Source: Scyliorhinus canicula
Taxonomy: Eukaryota
NCBI RefSeq assembly: GCF_902713615.1
Contig: NC_052164.1
Location: forward strand, 77,475,830 to 77,539,829
Reading direction: 5' to 3'
Length of the DNA stretch: 64,000 nucleotides
Shown: piece after piece, positions 50,643 to 62,949 of the stretch
Layout of the letters: each line of letters begins with the position of its first letter
Position numbering within the stretch: the stretch's first letter is position 1
The notes under the pieces: model-generated
What the model was told of the DNA's origin: nothing
What the model saw: only the letters and a program-made list of their open reading frames with translations
Databases searched by the model: none
Made by a program: the position numbers and the translations under genes

Positions 50643-51364
50643 GGGCAGGTTTCTCTCTTACCCAGCCGGGCAGGGGGTCCCGGCGACATGGAGTGGAGTG
50701 ATCCCCTCCACCATCGGGCCACCCCAAAGGTGCGGAATCTCCGGACCTTCAGGCCCGCCCTGGAGTGTTTTGTGCCCCGCCGGCCGGCAGGAAAGGGGCT
50801 TGGCGCCACGCCAACCGGCGCCGAAGGGCTTCCGCCATCCGGCACGAGTTGGCACATTCGCGGGAGCGTCAGCGCGCGCTGGCGCCAACCCCGCACATGC
50901 GCAGAGGGCTTTGTTTTCGTACTGGGAATGGCGGACCGGTACAGCCTCCGGTGCGGAAAGATAGAGTGCCCCACAGTACAGGCCCGCCCGCAGATCGGTG
51001 GGCCCCGATTACGGGCCAGGCCATTGTGGTGGCACCTCCCAGGGCCAGATCCCCCCGCGCCTTCCCAAGAACCCCGGAGCCTGCCCCTGCCGCCAGGTCC
51101 CGCCGGTAAGGGACCTATTCCAAGTTTGCTGGCAGGACTGGGAAAAGATGGGCGGGACTTAAGCCCATTGCGGGCCGGAGAATTCGGGCAGCCCTGGCGC
51201 CCATTGAGTTGCGCTGGACCCCGCCGTTCTCTGCGGCGGGCAGCGCGACTCACGCCACGCCGATTTTTGGGGGGGCCGGAGAATTAGGAGGACGGCGGGG
51301 CAAGATTCACGCCGATCCCCGGCGATTCTCCAACCCGACGGGGGGGGGTCGGAGAATCCCGCCC
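50643..51364. mobile_element. Harbinger-type MITE in intron 3
   Basis: GGGCAGGTTTCTC ... GGAGAATCCCGCCC termini, with an interior related to 58637-59342. Confidence 0.7.
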
Positions 51365-51414
51365 CCATGTTCTGTTTGGAATCAAAACTTGTCGTACTGT
51401 CCACTACACTTCTT

Positions 51415-51620
51415 TTTTTTATTAGAGTACCCAATTATTTTTTTCTAATTAAGGAGCAATTTAGTGTGGCCAATCCACCTAACCTGCAAATCTTTGGGTT
51501 GTGAGGGTAAAACCCACGCAGACATGGGGAGAATGTGCAAACTCCACACAGACAGGGATCGAACCTGAGTCCTCAGCGTTGCAGGCAGCAGTGCTAACCA
51601 CTACGTCACCGTGCCACCCG
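51415..51620 (-). mobile_element. V-SINE, short form
   Basis: Reverse complement of the SINE head and core. Confidence 0.75.
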
Positions 51621-51944
51621 TACTGTCCACTACTCTAACTCAGCCTCTGCCAGGTTCTCCAAATTGTACAACATCTCATCAACTTTCTTCCTCTCACAAT
51701 CTTTTGAAACCAGAGCCGGACCTTACCTGACAACCTGTACCTGAGCAACCTCGTCGACACGTTTTAAATTAGCTCATGTCCCAACCAGAGACTTTGACCT
51801 TTCAACCAGATTTCACATACAATACAATGTGTTGATATATAACATGGATTTAAACATTAATTTGCAGTTGTAAAATTTGGTCCATTTTGATTACTCTCTG
51901 TACAAATATCCTTGAACAATCTTTTTATTTCATTTTACTGTTAG

Positions 51945-52259
51945 ATGGACCACAAGATCCCATAATAATGTACAAGATTAGTAACAGTGGAAGTTACCAT
52001 TCAGGGACAAGTAGCCTCATCACTGTCCCAATGGACTCATTCCTGGAACTGAGATGCTCCGTGGATAGTAATCCAGTCTCTTCTGTGATCTGGATGAAGG
52101 AGAATGAAAAGTACACTGAAATGTCACAGATCACAGCTGGATTAAATAGTTCAAAAGTAAAGATGACAAATTTCCAATCTGAAGATGAAGGAATCTACTG
52201 GTGCCTGGTGAACAATAGCTACGGCTGGAGAAAAGCAAGTGTAAAGGTTGAAAGTGAAG
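51945..52259 (+). CDS. Exon 4: C2/I-type Ig domain
   Basis: Acceptor ttttactgttAG|AT and donor GAAG|GTAAAT give a 315-nt exon, phase 1/1. YGPQDP...LELRCSVDSNPVSSVIWMK...FQSEDEGIYWCLVNNSYG shows the CxxDSNP, W and DEGxYxC motifs. Confidence 0.9.
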
Positions 52260-54168
52260 GTAAATAATTTTTTTTAAATTATGAATTTGATGTATGAGTG
52301 TTTCTCCCTAAGCTTGTCCACCATCCACAAGTCACATATCAGGAGTGTGATGGAATACTCTTGAGTTGCCTGGACGAGTGCAGCTCCACAACACTTAAGA
52401 AGCACAACATCATCCAAGGCAAAGCAGCCCACTCGATTGGCACCTCATCCACCAACTACGACACCGCCCACCACTAATACACAGTGGCAGCAGTGTTTAC
52501 CATTTACAAGATGCACTGCAATAACTCATCAAGTTGCCACCAAGACCACCTTCCGAACCCACAACCTCCACCACCCAGAGGGACCCGAGCAACAGATGCA
52601 AAGGAAACCATCACCTGCAATACCCCTTCAAGCCACACATCGTCCTGACTTGGAGCTATGTCATTTTTCCTCCACTGTTGTTGGCTGAAAATCGTGGAAC
52701 TCCCTTCCTAATAGCACTGTGGCTCTACCTACCGCACATGGACTCCATTGGTTCAAGAATGTGGCTCACCATCAACTTTTCAAAGACGTTTAGGGATGGA
52801 CAATAAATACTGGCCCAGATATGATGGGTGTGGGCTACATCCCACATCATGTATAACATATTTCTATTCCATATCAAATAAAATCATAGCTCGGATATTG
52901 TTCTGAATTTAGACAACTATCAGTTGATTTAAAGGAATTTATATTGCTTAGAAGACAAAATCATAATCAGATGGAAAATAATGCCAGATTAATAGATTAG
53001 CTGACATGGTTTACCTCTTTATATATTATTGCTTTCAAAACAAAAAATAACCAGGTTAAGATTAGTGAATAATACCACTAATTTGTGAAACAGTCGGCAT
53101 GTTAGTTACTGTGGAAAGAATGGAGATCATTGGCCCAGAGTTTACTGCAGCAGTGCATCTCATGACGTATCCTGTTGGTTAGATTTGTTTGTGCATATTT
53201 AAATTTCAAAACATACACCCGTAAAGTTGCTAGAAATGTGAGCTGATGTGGGCACAGTGTGGGTAACAGAGAATGTGGAATCTTGGTGGGCAATGGCACA
53301 AACAGTGCTTTTTCTTAACCAAGGATGAAAAAAAAAATGATTGAGAATGTAAGGAAATATTTCCAGCAATAATTGACCACCTGAAGGATTAAAAGTCTAC
53401 ATTTGATTGTCCACCTTCTGGGCAAGATATGTTGATAGGCAAGAATGATGATGTTAATTGTAAGGGGCTTTGTTCAGCTCAGTGGTTGGGTCGTTGGTTC
53501 ATACTGCAGAGTGAGACCAGTAGCGTGGGTTCAATCCTTGTAGCAGCTGAGATTATTCATCAAAGCCCCACCTTCTCAACCATGCTCTTCAACTGAGGCA
53601 TGGTGATCTTAAGGCCAATTCACCACCAGTCAGCTTTCCCCTTTGAGGGGAAAGCAACCTATGTTCATCTGGGACTATGGTGACGTTACAATTATCAGAG
53701 TAAGCTTTTGTGATCAGTTTAATTGGCATTTAAGGTGTAAATGCAACAAACTCATGAAAGTCATGGGGCGGTTAGGGAAACATTGGAATTTTTGCGAAGG
53801 CAGAATATTTTACAAATGGATCATCAACCTGTGGTAATCCACATTTCTCGGGGTATGTCTTCCTCACAATAAGCCGCTGTCCAATTTGCACACGTTATTC
53901 ATTTTCAGCACATTTTGGACCAATGTCCAGACAGAAATTACAGAAGACCTTGAGGAGAAAATGAAACCCTCCGGATTTTCCTCCTTCTCCACCCCTTCCA
54001 AGAACAATGGGACAGGGTCCAGAGAGATTGAAATGTTGTGTTTCTGTTTACCAGTTTTAACATTTTTGATTGATTAAGCAATAAAGCAGTTGGAATCTTT
54101 ATGATCTAAACTATCAAAAGTTGCCTTGTTTAAAAATGATACACTGATCTTTCACAAATTTCTTATAG

Positions 54169-54266
54169 GTGATACATGGCTTTGGATTTTTATTGTGCGA
54201 TCCATTTCAGTTGCTGCATTCATTTTGATTCTAGTCACATTGAGCTACTTGTTAACTGCTGAATAA
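54169..54266 (+). CDS. Exon 5: transmembrane exon with charged Arg and stop codon
   Basis: Acceptor tttcttatAG|GT gives GDTWLWIFIVRSISVAAFILILVTLSYLLTAE* (TAA at 54264-54266), followed by CAG|GTAATG. The five exons total 1110 nt, i.e. 369 aa plus stop, with no frameshift. Confidence 0.85.
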
Positions 54267-55199
54267 CAGGTAATGATGTAAAGCTTAAAGCACCAAGAAA
54301 TGTTATAGAATCGATATTTTCCTTTCAATCAATAATGGTAAAATAATTCAGCTTTCACAACTAATGTAATGATTGTAGTCATTTAGAGATTTAACCCACC
54401 ATATGAATTTCTCTTGATTAAATAAGTCATTACCTATTCTTATGTAACTTTCCGTTAAATTGTTTAGATTGCGTTGGGTGGTAGTGGATGTTTTTGGGTC
54501 TGTTCAGGCGTCCCTCCCTTGGGACTATTCTTTTCTCTTCTTTTCATTATGTTGGTAGGCAGGGTACCTTTTTCTGGTCAAGCATTTTGGGGAACGTTCC
54601 CGTGGTCGTACCGGGGAGGAGGGATTCGGCCTCCCTCCCAGGGTACCTAATTGTTGGGTGTATTGACTGTTCTTCTTCCCCTCAGGATGAGGTCTCCTGA
54701 TCCCTTGTTATCCTGTGGATTAGTTCTCGTAATTCTAGCTCTTTCTCTTTTCTTTTTCCTTCTTGGGTGGTCCTGAATGTTAGATCATATTCCGAACATG
54801 CTGTAGATGATCATCTCCGCACAATTGTTTGGAATGATGTTGGTTCTACACTGGGCCTGAGATTGGAGTTAAGTTATGTTGTGTGGTACATATGTAACTT
54901 CCATTGGAACTGGGGCTTTCCTGTAATTTGGTTGTTTTTTTGTAAGAGTGGGTATGAATAATCTGCACTTGACTCCTTCTTGGGTGCATATGGGTTTAGT
55001 ATCTGATGAAAGTAGGCTGTGACGGGTCATTGGTACCTTTGGTGCTGCTGGAGCTGAGGGAAATGTATGTTGATGCGCACCCCAACATGACATAAAAACA
55101 TATCCTGCAATTCTCATGGTAAATTGCAAGTTGACACAGCATGGAGAGGGTGCACCATATTACATGTTTTCTCATGGCCTCATCCTGTTTCTCCCTTGG

Positions 55200-55395
55200 C
55201 CTCTGGCAGGGCTACTGAAGGTATCTAGTTATGTCTAATGATTGTATCAAACCATTTATGATGTTGTTCTCCTGCCCCTCCCTGTGCTTATGAATGTTAA
55301 GCTGTTTTATTCCCTTGTTTATGGTGATGTATTATTTCATAATTTTGTTTCATCATTTTCTAAAATGTAAAACCTTAATAAACATACTTAAAAAA
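55200..55395 (+). mobile_element. L1-like 3' UTR and poly(A) remnant
   Basis: T-rich stretch ending AAACCTTAATAAACATACTTAAAAAAAA, like the other L1 tails. Confidence 0.45.
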
Positions 55396-55919
55396 AACCA
55401 CTTAGACATGTGAGAGTGTTTATGTACATGTATCAATAGGTTTAAGATTATCATTCAACTGATAGGAGAAAGATTAGATCCAAAGAGGTAAAATTATTTG
55501 GGGAAATGGTGACTATTTTGTTCTTCTTCGTGAAACTGCCTCACAATGAAAACTGAAACAGCAGGAAAAGTGGCACTAGGTACATGTGTAAATTTAGACA
55601 GTACAATGTAGGGCGGCTAGGTGACACAATGGTTAGCATTGATGCCTCTCAGTGCGAGGCACCTGGCCTCAGGTGACTGTGTGAAATTTGAATGTTCTCC
55701 CCGTGTCTGTGTGGGTTTCCTCCAAGTGCCTTGATTTCATCCCACAGTCCAAAGATGTGCAGGTTAGGTGTGATCACGGACATAGAGTGAGTGGGGGGGG
55801 GGGGGGGGGGGGGGGTTGCTGGGTATGGTGCTCCTTGTCAGCCCAATCCACGTGCTGTTTCAGCTTGACAGGTGCTGCTTCATTATTAGAGGTGTTGTGT
55901 ATACAGCTCGACGCTGTGG

Positions 55920-56272
55920 AATTATCATAGAATTTACAGTGTAGAAGGAGGCCATTCGGCCCATCGAATCTGCACCGGCTCTTGTAAAGAGCACCCTACC
56001 CAAGGTCAACACCTCCACCCTATCCCCATAACCCAGTAACCCCACCCAACACCAAGGGCAATTTTGGACGCTAAGGGCAATTTATCATGGCCAATCCACC
56101 TAACCTGCACATCTTTGGACTGTGAGAGGAAACCGGAGCACCCGGAGGAAACCCACGCACACACGGGGAGGATGTGCAGACTCTGCACAGACAGTGACCC
56201 AAGCCGGAATCGAACCTGGGACCCTGAAGCTGTGAAGCGGTTGTGCTATCCACAATGCTACCGTCCTGCCCC
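55920..56272 (-). mobile_element. V-SINE, full length
   Basis: Colinear with 2911-3255, including the ATCATAGAATTTACAGTG tail. Confidence 0.85.
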
Positions 56273-57169
56273 ATGGAAAGTGAACAATCTATATCCTGAC
56301 ACAGTGATGCAAGAAATGTCAATGATGCTGAAGATGTTGGCCTGAGGACATTTCCCTGAGGAACCGCTGCAGTGAAATACTGAAGCTGTACTTATTGTCT
56401 GACGATAAATAACACCACATTCCTTATGGAGAGGATGGTTAACTCGTGGTTGGTATTTTAAAGAGGAAATGAGATGATCAATGCCAGCTGGTTTGGGGAC
56501 TACGATAAGTGAGCAAACACTCAGTTGTTTTGAAAATAAAGGAACTAGGTATTGCTTTTGCCATTTGTGAGTGGGAAACTAATGTGTGGGGAGAGAAAAT
56601 AAGTAAGGACACATGGGAGATGGCTGATGATGGTAATCATGAATCTAAAGCCAGTTTAGTTGTTGGCGCTGATGGTTTTCAGTGGTCTGTGGTAAATAGT
56701 TTCCACCAGAAACATCCAGCAGACCATTCAGAATGCCACAAAAACTTTTAAAAAATCATGCTCAACAACCAATTTTCTGTTTAGCGTCTATCACATCGAC
56801 AAATTTACATATCTTCATCTATTGAGAATTAAAGTATATGAGTGTGGGACCTGCAAGCACATATTTAAAGAAACAAAAATCAATGTAAATGTGACAACAA
56901 GACATTGGTTCCCAGATAAATGAGCCTGTGTTTAGTAGGTGTTTTATCTATCATGAAGATTGCGTTCGATGGTGTCAGTCAAGTATTCTTGTCTGGTTAC
57001 TGTTTTCCACCCCGATTTTTTGACTGTGGTTTTTGGATTTACCAAGCGCCTGGTCTGAATAATTAAAACAGACCTCACTGCCTCTCTGAAACTTTAAAAA
57101 AATGTGTTTTCTTTCATGTGAATCTGAGATAATTAAATACATTTATTTATCTTTAATGCAAAAATATGA

Positions 57170-57863
57170 GTTTGGGATTCTCCATTGCCCGTCGGCGAAA
57201 TCGGGAACGCTGATCAGGCGGCGAATAGATCATGACGCCGAAATTGCGTCAGGTGCCGGTTTGACGCCGGGTTGCGATGCTCCGCCCCCTCCAAGTCGGC
57301 ATCAATGCGATGTGCAATGTGTGCAGTTGCAACCATGTTCGCATCTCATTATTGGACCCACTCCGATGCTCCGCCTCCGATGGGCCGTGTTCCTGACGGC
57401 ACGGTCCACGTGTTGTCTCAAAAGTCCAGAGCCTGGCATGGCGCCTGTGCAGAGAGAGAGCATGTGGACAGTGTCCAGCACCGCCATACTTCGCCGACAG
57501 TAATGCCGCTGGCCAAGTGGCTTCTGCCAGCGCTGAGGGGAGTAGTGAGGGGTGGCAAGGAGGTGGGCTGTGGGTTCGGGGTGGACAGGTACGCGATCCA
57601 GCTGAACTGGCGCCATCTTTTCGGGTGCGATCAGAGCATGTGTGGGGGGATGTAAGTGTACGCTCGTCAGCTCTGCGTGTATGCATCACCGACCTGGTGA
57701 TTTCCTAATCGGTTTTCACGTGTTCTGCAGGTGTTTCACACGGCGCCGCTGCTAACCCCTCACCGGTAGTGGAATCGATGTGTTGCACTAATTTTTCCGT
57801 CGTGGAACTCCACAGGTCCTCCATTGGCGTCAGCACTTAGACGCAGGAACGGAGAATCCAGCC
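57170..57863. mobile_element. Harbinger-type MITE
   Basis: GGGATTCTCC ... GGAGAATCCAGCC termini. Confidence 0.65.
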
Positions 57864-58636
57864 ACCTTACTTTCAAAGCGTTTCATCCTGTACGTTTCCG
57901 GATAATTTGAAAGAATATCAAATTTAAAGGGAACAACAATTTATACCACATGAGGAGAGCGCTCATAAACAAAGTTTGGGTTTAACTGGTATAGGCTCTA
58001 TGGCAACGCCTCTACCAATCAGAGTCTACTTGCCAACCCATCAACGTTCACTTCTCTCGAATGCAATATAAATTATTGTTCCCTATATATTTTTCTATTA
58101 TACGAACATACAATCATATGAAATCGGAGCAAACGTTGGCCATTCAGTCCCTCGGGCCTGCTGCGCCATTCGGACAGATCATGGCTGATCTGTTTGTATT
58201 TCAAGTTTTACATTCCAAACTACTGCTAATAACTTTTGATTCCTTTCTATAACAAGAATCTACCTTAAAAATATTTAGTGACCCCATCCCTTGCTCTCCA
58301 CCACCTGGGGCAGAGTTTCAAAGTTGCACAACTCTCTGATAGAACACAATTCTCCTAATCTCTGTCCTGACAAGGTGACCCTCAATTTTAAAACAGTGCC
58401 CCCTCATTCTGGACTCACCCACAAGAGGGGATATTCCAGCCACCCTGTCAAGACCATCCTGGATCTTATATACTTAAATCAAGTTACCTCTCACTTTTCG
58501 AAACTCCAGTAAAATCAAATCCTTTCCTCATAAGACAAACTGCTCATTCTAGGTATCAATCTTGTAAACCTCCCCTGAATAGCCTCCAATGCATTTACAT
58601 CCTTCCATTAATAAGGAGACCAAAGCTTCACACAAT

Positions 58637-59342
58637 GGGCAAAATTCTCCGACCCCCAGCAGGGTCGGAGAATCGCCTGGGGCCGCCGAAAATCCCGCCC
58701 CCGCCGTGGCAGAGATTCTCTGCCACCCGGGAAGTGGTGGTGGCGGGAATCTCGCCACTCCGATCGGAGAGGCCCCTACGGTGATTCTCCGGCCCGAATG
58801 GGCCGAAGTCCCACCGCTGGGATTCCTCTCCCACCGCCGAGGTTGAACCACCTCTGGAACGGCGGTTTCAGCGGCGCAAGCGGGCCCCAGGGTCCTGGGG
58901 GGGGGGGGGGGGGCGGGGGGGGGTGATTGAACCCCGGGGGGTGCCCCCACGGTGGCCGGGCCCGCGATCGGGGCCCCCCGCTCAGACTCCGGGCCAGTGC
59001 CCTGGGTGCACTATTTCTCCTCCGCGGCCGCCACGGCCTTCGCCTTGGCGGAAGCGGAAGAGAACCCCACATCGTGCATGCGCCAGCAGTGACGTCAGCG
59101 GCCAGCTGCCGCTGACATTACTGCCGGCACATGCGCCGACCAGCGAAAGCCTTTCGGCCAGCCCCGCTGCCGGGGGCGCTGTTGTTTTGCGCCAGTCTTC
59201 TGGTGCAAACCGCTCCGGCGCGGGGCTGACCCCCAAAGGTGGGGAGAATTCCCCACCTTTGGGGAGGCCCGACCCCTGAGTGATTGGCGCTACTCCCCTA
59301 CGCCGGCACCTCCGTCATGCCGGGTAGGGGAGAATCCCGCCC
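58637..59342. mobile_element. Harbinger-type MITE with AAT TSD, inside a CR1 tail
   Basis: AAT|GGGCAAAATTCTCC ... GGAGAATCCCGCCC|AAT. Confidence 0.8.
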
Positions 59343-59914
59343 AATATTTGAGATGTGGTCTCAACAAAGCCGCGTATAACTGAAGCATGTGACACTTATG
59401 TTCAGTTCCCCTCATAATGACAGATGGCATTCCATTAGCCTTCTTAGTTACCTGCTGTACCTGACTATGTTTTTGTGCTTCATGCACTAAAACATCGAGA
59501 TCCTTCTGCACTTCAGAATTCTGCAGCCATTCTCCGTTTAATACTCAGCTTCCCTCAGCTTCCTGCCAAAATAAACAACTTCACATTTTTCCTTCACTGC
59601 ACTCCAACTACCAGATTGTTGCCCACTCACTGAACCGACCTATATCTATCTGCAGCCTCCTTATGTCCTCTTCGTAACATAACTACAGAACCTCCAAGGT
59701 TACAATCCGTAGACAAATCCATAGAATCCCCACAGTGCAAAGGAGGCCATTTGGCCCATCGAGTCTGCACCGACTCTCCAAGAGAGTACTCTACCTAGGC
59801 CCACTCCTCACACTATCTCTGTAACCCCACCTAACCTGGACATCTTTTGGACAATAAGGGGCAATTTAGCATGGCCAATCCACCAACCTGCACATCTTTG
59901 GACTCTCTGGCTTA

Positions 59915-62272
59915 TTACCTGATTATTTCCTGAACTACGTGCAAATTGGCATAGGGTACATGAAATTAGAGAGATGAATATGTGGCTCAAAGACTGGTGT
60001 GGGAGAAGTGGGTTTCGGTTTGTGGGGCACTGGCATCATACTGGGGAAAGTGGGGGTTGTATCTTTAGGACGGCCTACATTGGAACTGTGCTGGGAGTAG
60101 TGTTCTTGCAAACTGCATAACCAGGGAAGTAGAGAGGATTTTAAACTAAATCAAGGGGAGGCCGATTCTGAAGAGGGTATGTAGGCTTACAAAGAAAAGG
60201 ATAGCACAGCATTACAAGGCAATTATTTAGATAATAATGCCCAGAGTGTGACAGAAAGGGACAGAGTGTACAAACATAAAAAAAACAAGTGGTGTCAAAA
60301 AGAGAAAGAAACGGTATCAAGGCAAAATTAATGGTTCCTACTTAAATGCATGTAGTATTTAGCACAAAATAAATGAATTAACGGCACAAATTCAGGTCAA
60401 TTGGTGTGATATTATAGTCATTACAGAGATGTGGTTACAGGGAGATAAAAATTGGGGACTACACATTCAGGGTATGTGATTTTTCATAAAGACCAGTAGG
60501 CAGGAAAATGTGGTGGGGTAGCTTTGTCAATATGAGATTGAATAAGTACAATGCAAGAAATGATCTTGGATCAGAAGATTTAGAATACATATGGGTGGAG
60601 CCAAAAATTATCAATGGGAAGAAGACAGTGGTGGGGGTAGTCGAAAGGCCCCCAAATAGTTGCTATACCGTAGAATGGTGATTACATCATAAGATAATAA
60701 TGGCATATAAATAAGGCAGTAGTTATCATAGGTGACTTTAATCTTCATGTGGATAGGGAAAATCAAACTGGCAGAGGTAGCCATCAGGAAGAATTTATAG
60801 AGTGTTTCGAGACAGTTTCCTGGAACAATATGTTGTGGATCAAACCAGCGATCTGGCTATTTTGGATTTGGTAATGTGTAATGAGGCAGGTTTAATGAAC
60901 AATCTCAGAGTAAAAGATCCCCGAGGAAGCAGTGACCATAACATGGTAGAATTTAACATTCAATTTGAGAATGAGAAAGTTGGACCAGAAACAACCTTGC
61001 CATACATAAATAGGGGTAATTATAAAGGAATGAAGGCAGAGTTGGCTGGAATGGACTGGGTGAAGGCATTTAACAGGAGAGATGGTTGATCAGCAACGGC
61101 AGATATTTTAAAAAATATTTCAAGGCTCGCAACAAAATATATTCCAGTGAGGAAGAAGGATTCTGGGAAGGAGATAAATTAACCATGGTTAACCAATGAA
61201 AATAAAAATCACTTATTGTCACAAGTAGGCTTCAAATGAAGTTACTGTGAAAAGCCACTAGTCGCCACATTCCGGTGCCTGTTCGGGGAGGCTGGTACTG
61301 GAATTGAACCGTGCTGCTGGCCTGCTTTGAAAGCCAGCGATTTAGCCCTGTGCTAAACCAGGAAGTGAAAGATAACATTAAACTGAAAGGAAAAGCATAT
61401 AATCTGGCAAAGATCAGTGGTAAACCAGAGGATTGGTAAAGTTTTAAAACCAACAAAAGATGACCAAAAAAACAGAGAGGGAGGAGATAACTATGAGGGT
61501 CAACTTGTAAGTAATGTAAAATGGATAGCAAGAGTTTCTTTAAATATATAACAAAGATGAGAGACGCTAAAGTGAACATAGGTCCCTCAAAGACTATGGA
61601 AATAATAATGGGAAACCAGGAAATGGCAGAGGAGTTAAACAAGTTCTCTACATTATTCTTCACAGTGGAAGACACTAATAACATTCCAAAATAAATAATC
61701 AAGGTGCTGAAGGGGAGAGGAAATAAATACAATAATAATCACTCGAGAAAAAGTACTCAGGAAACTAATGGGCTCAAGGCCGATAAATCCTTTGGACCTG
61801 ATGGGTTGCATTGCAGGATTTTAAAGGAAGTAGCTGCAGAGATAGTGGATGAGCTGGTAATAATCTTCCAAAAATCATTTAAAAATTCCCAGAGGTTTGT
61901 AAAACTGCTAATGTAACACCTGTATTCAAAAAAGGAGGGAGACAAAGAAGAAGTAACGATATGCCAATTAGCTTAACTTCTGTCACTGGGAATATGTTAG
62001 AGTCGATCATAAAGGGTGTAATAGCAAAGCATTTAGATATACATTATATAATCAAGCAGGGCCAGCGTGGCTTGAAGAAGGGGAAATCATGCCTGACCAA
62101 TTTCTTAGAATTCGTTGAGGTGGTAACGAGCAGGGTAGATGAAGGGAAACCAGTAAATTAAATATACTTGGATTTCCAAAAAGCGTTCGATCAGGTACCG
62201 CACAAAAGGCTACTTATTAAGATAAGAGTCCATGGTGATGGGGCAGTGTGTTAGCATGGATAGAGGATTGAA
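59915..62272 (+). mobile_element. Decayed CR1 LINE: ORF1 end, endonuclease and RT start
   Basis: NMWLKDWCGRSGFRFVGHW and DGLHWN (ORF1 esterase-like), AILDLVMCN and SSDHNMVEF (APE), GPDGLHCRILKE, KGKSCLTNFLEF and YLDFQKAFD (RT). Many stop codons. Confidence 0.85.
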
Positions 62273-62949
62273 ACACCAGTTTCTTTGCTAATTGCATGCT
62301 GCACTTGCCTGTTGACTTTCTGTAATTCATGTGCAAAACACCCAAATCCCTGAATACCAATATTTACCCATCTCTTACTTAAAAAAATAATTTAAAAATT
62401 CCTGCCAAGTGCATGGTCGAAGATGCAGCTCTAGGGGAAGGCTCATCAGCCATCCTAAAACCCACAGAAACCATGACCAGTAACATGGAGTCTCTTAGGT
62501 GGGCAATCATACTCATCAGCAAGTGATCGTCGAAGAAGAAGATTAAAAAAATAATATCCTGGCCCAGATCTTCGAGTTGCCGGATGGTTGGAAACCAGTC
62601 GTAACCCAGACGATGCGCTATGGGACCCCTTGGAAGTTCTAACACCGGGACTCTGTGAGAATTGCCCAGGACGTTTGAACTTCCAATCATTTATTCACCT
62701 GCTCACCAGAACCCTCTTCTGACTCATGTTTCCCCACATTATATTCCCAAACAGTTCACTGTTTTTTTCACACTGAATTTAGAAAGTGATCTTATTGAAA
62801 CATATGAAATTATTTTCAAGTATTATTTATACCAAGTGGCTGGTTCACTTGGGTGAAAGATCTGGAAAGAATGGTCATATCCCTTAGCTGGTTTGATGGG
62901 CAACATAGGCTCATAACCCAAAAGAAAAAAGCAATTCAGGCCTGTATTC

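Noticed and set aside
54470-55130. Possible cytoplasmic-tail exon after the TM exon
   Set aside because: There is no convincing acceptor or open frame on +, and no ITIM/ITAM. The minus strand has weak gag-like words (APVPMEV), suggesting a retroelement relic.
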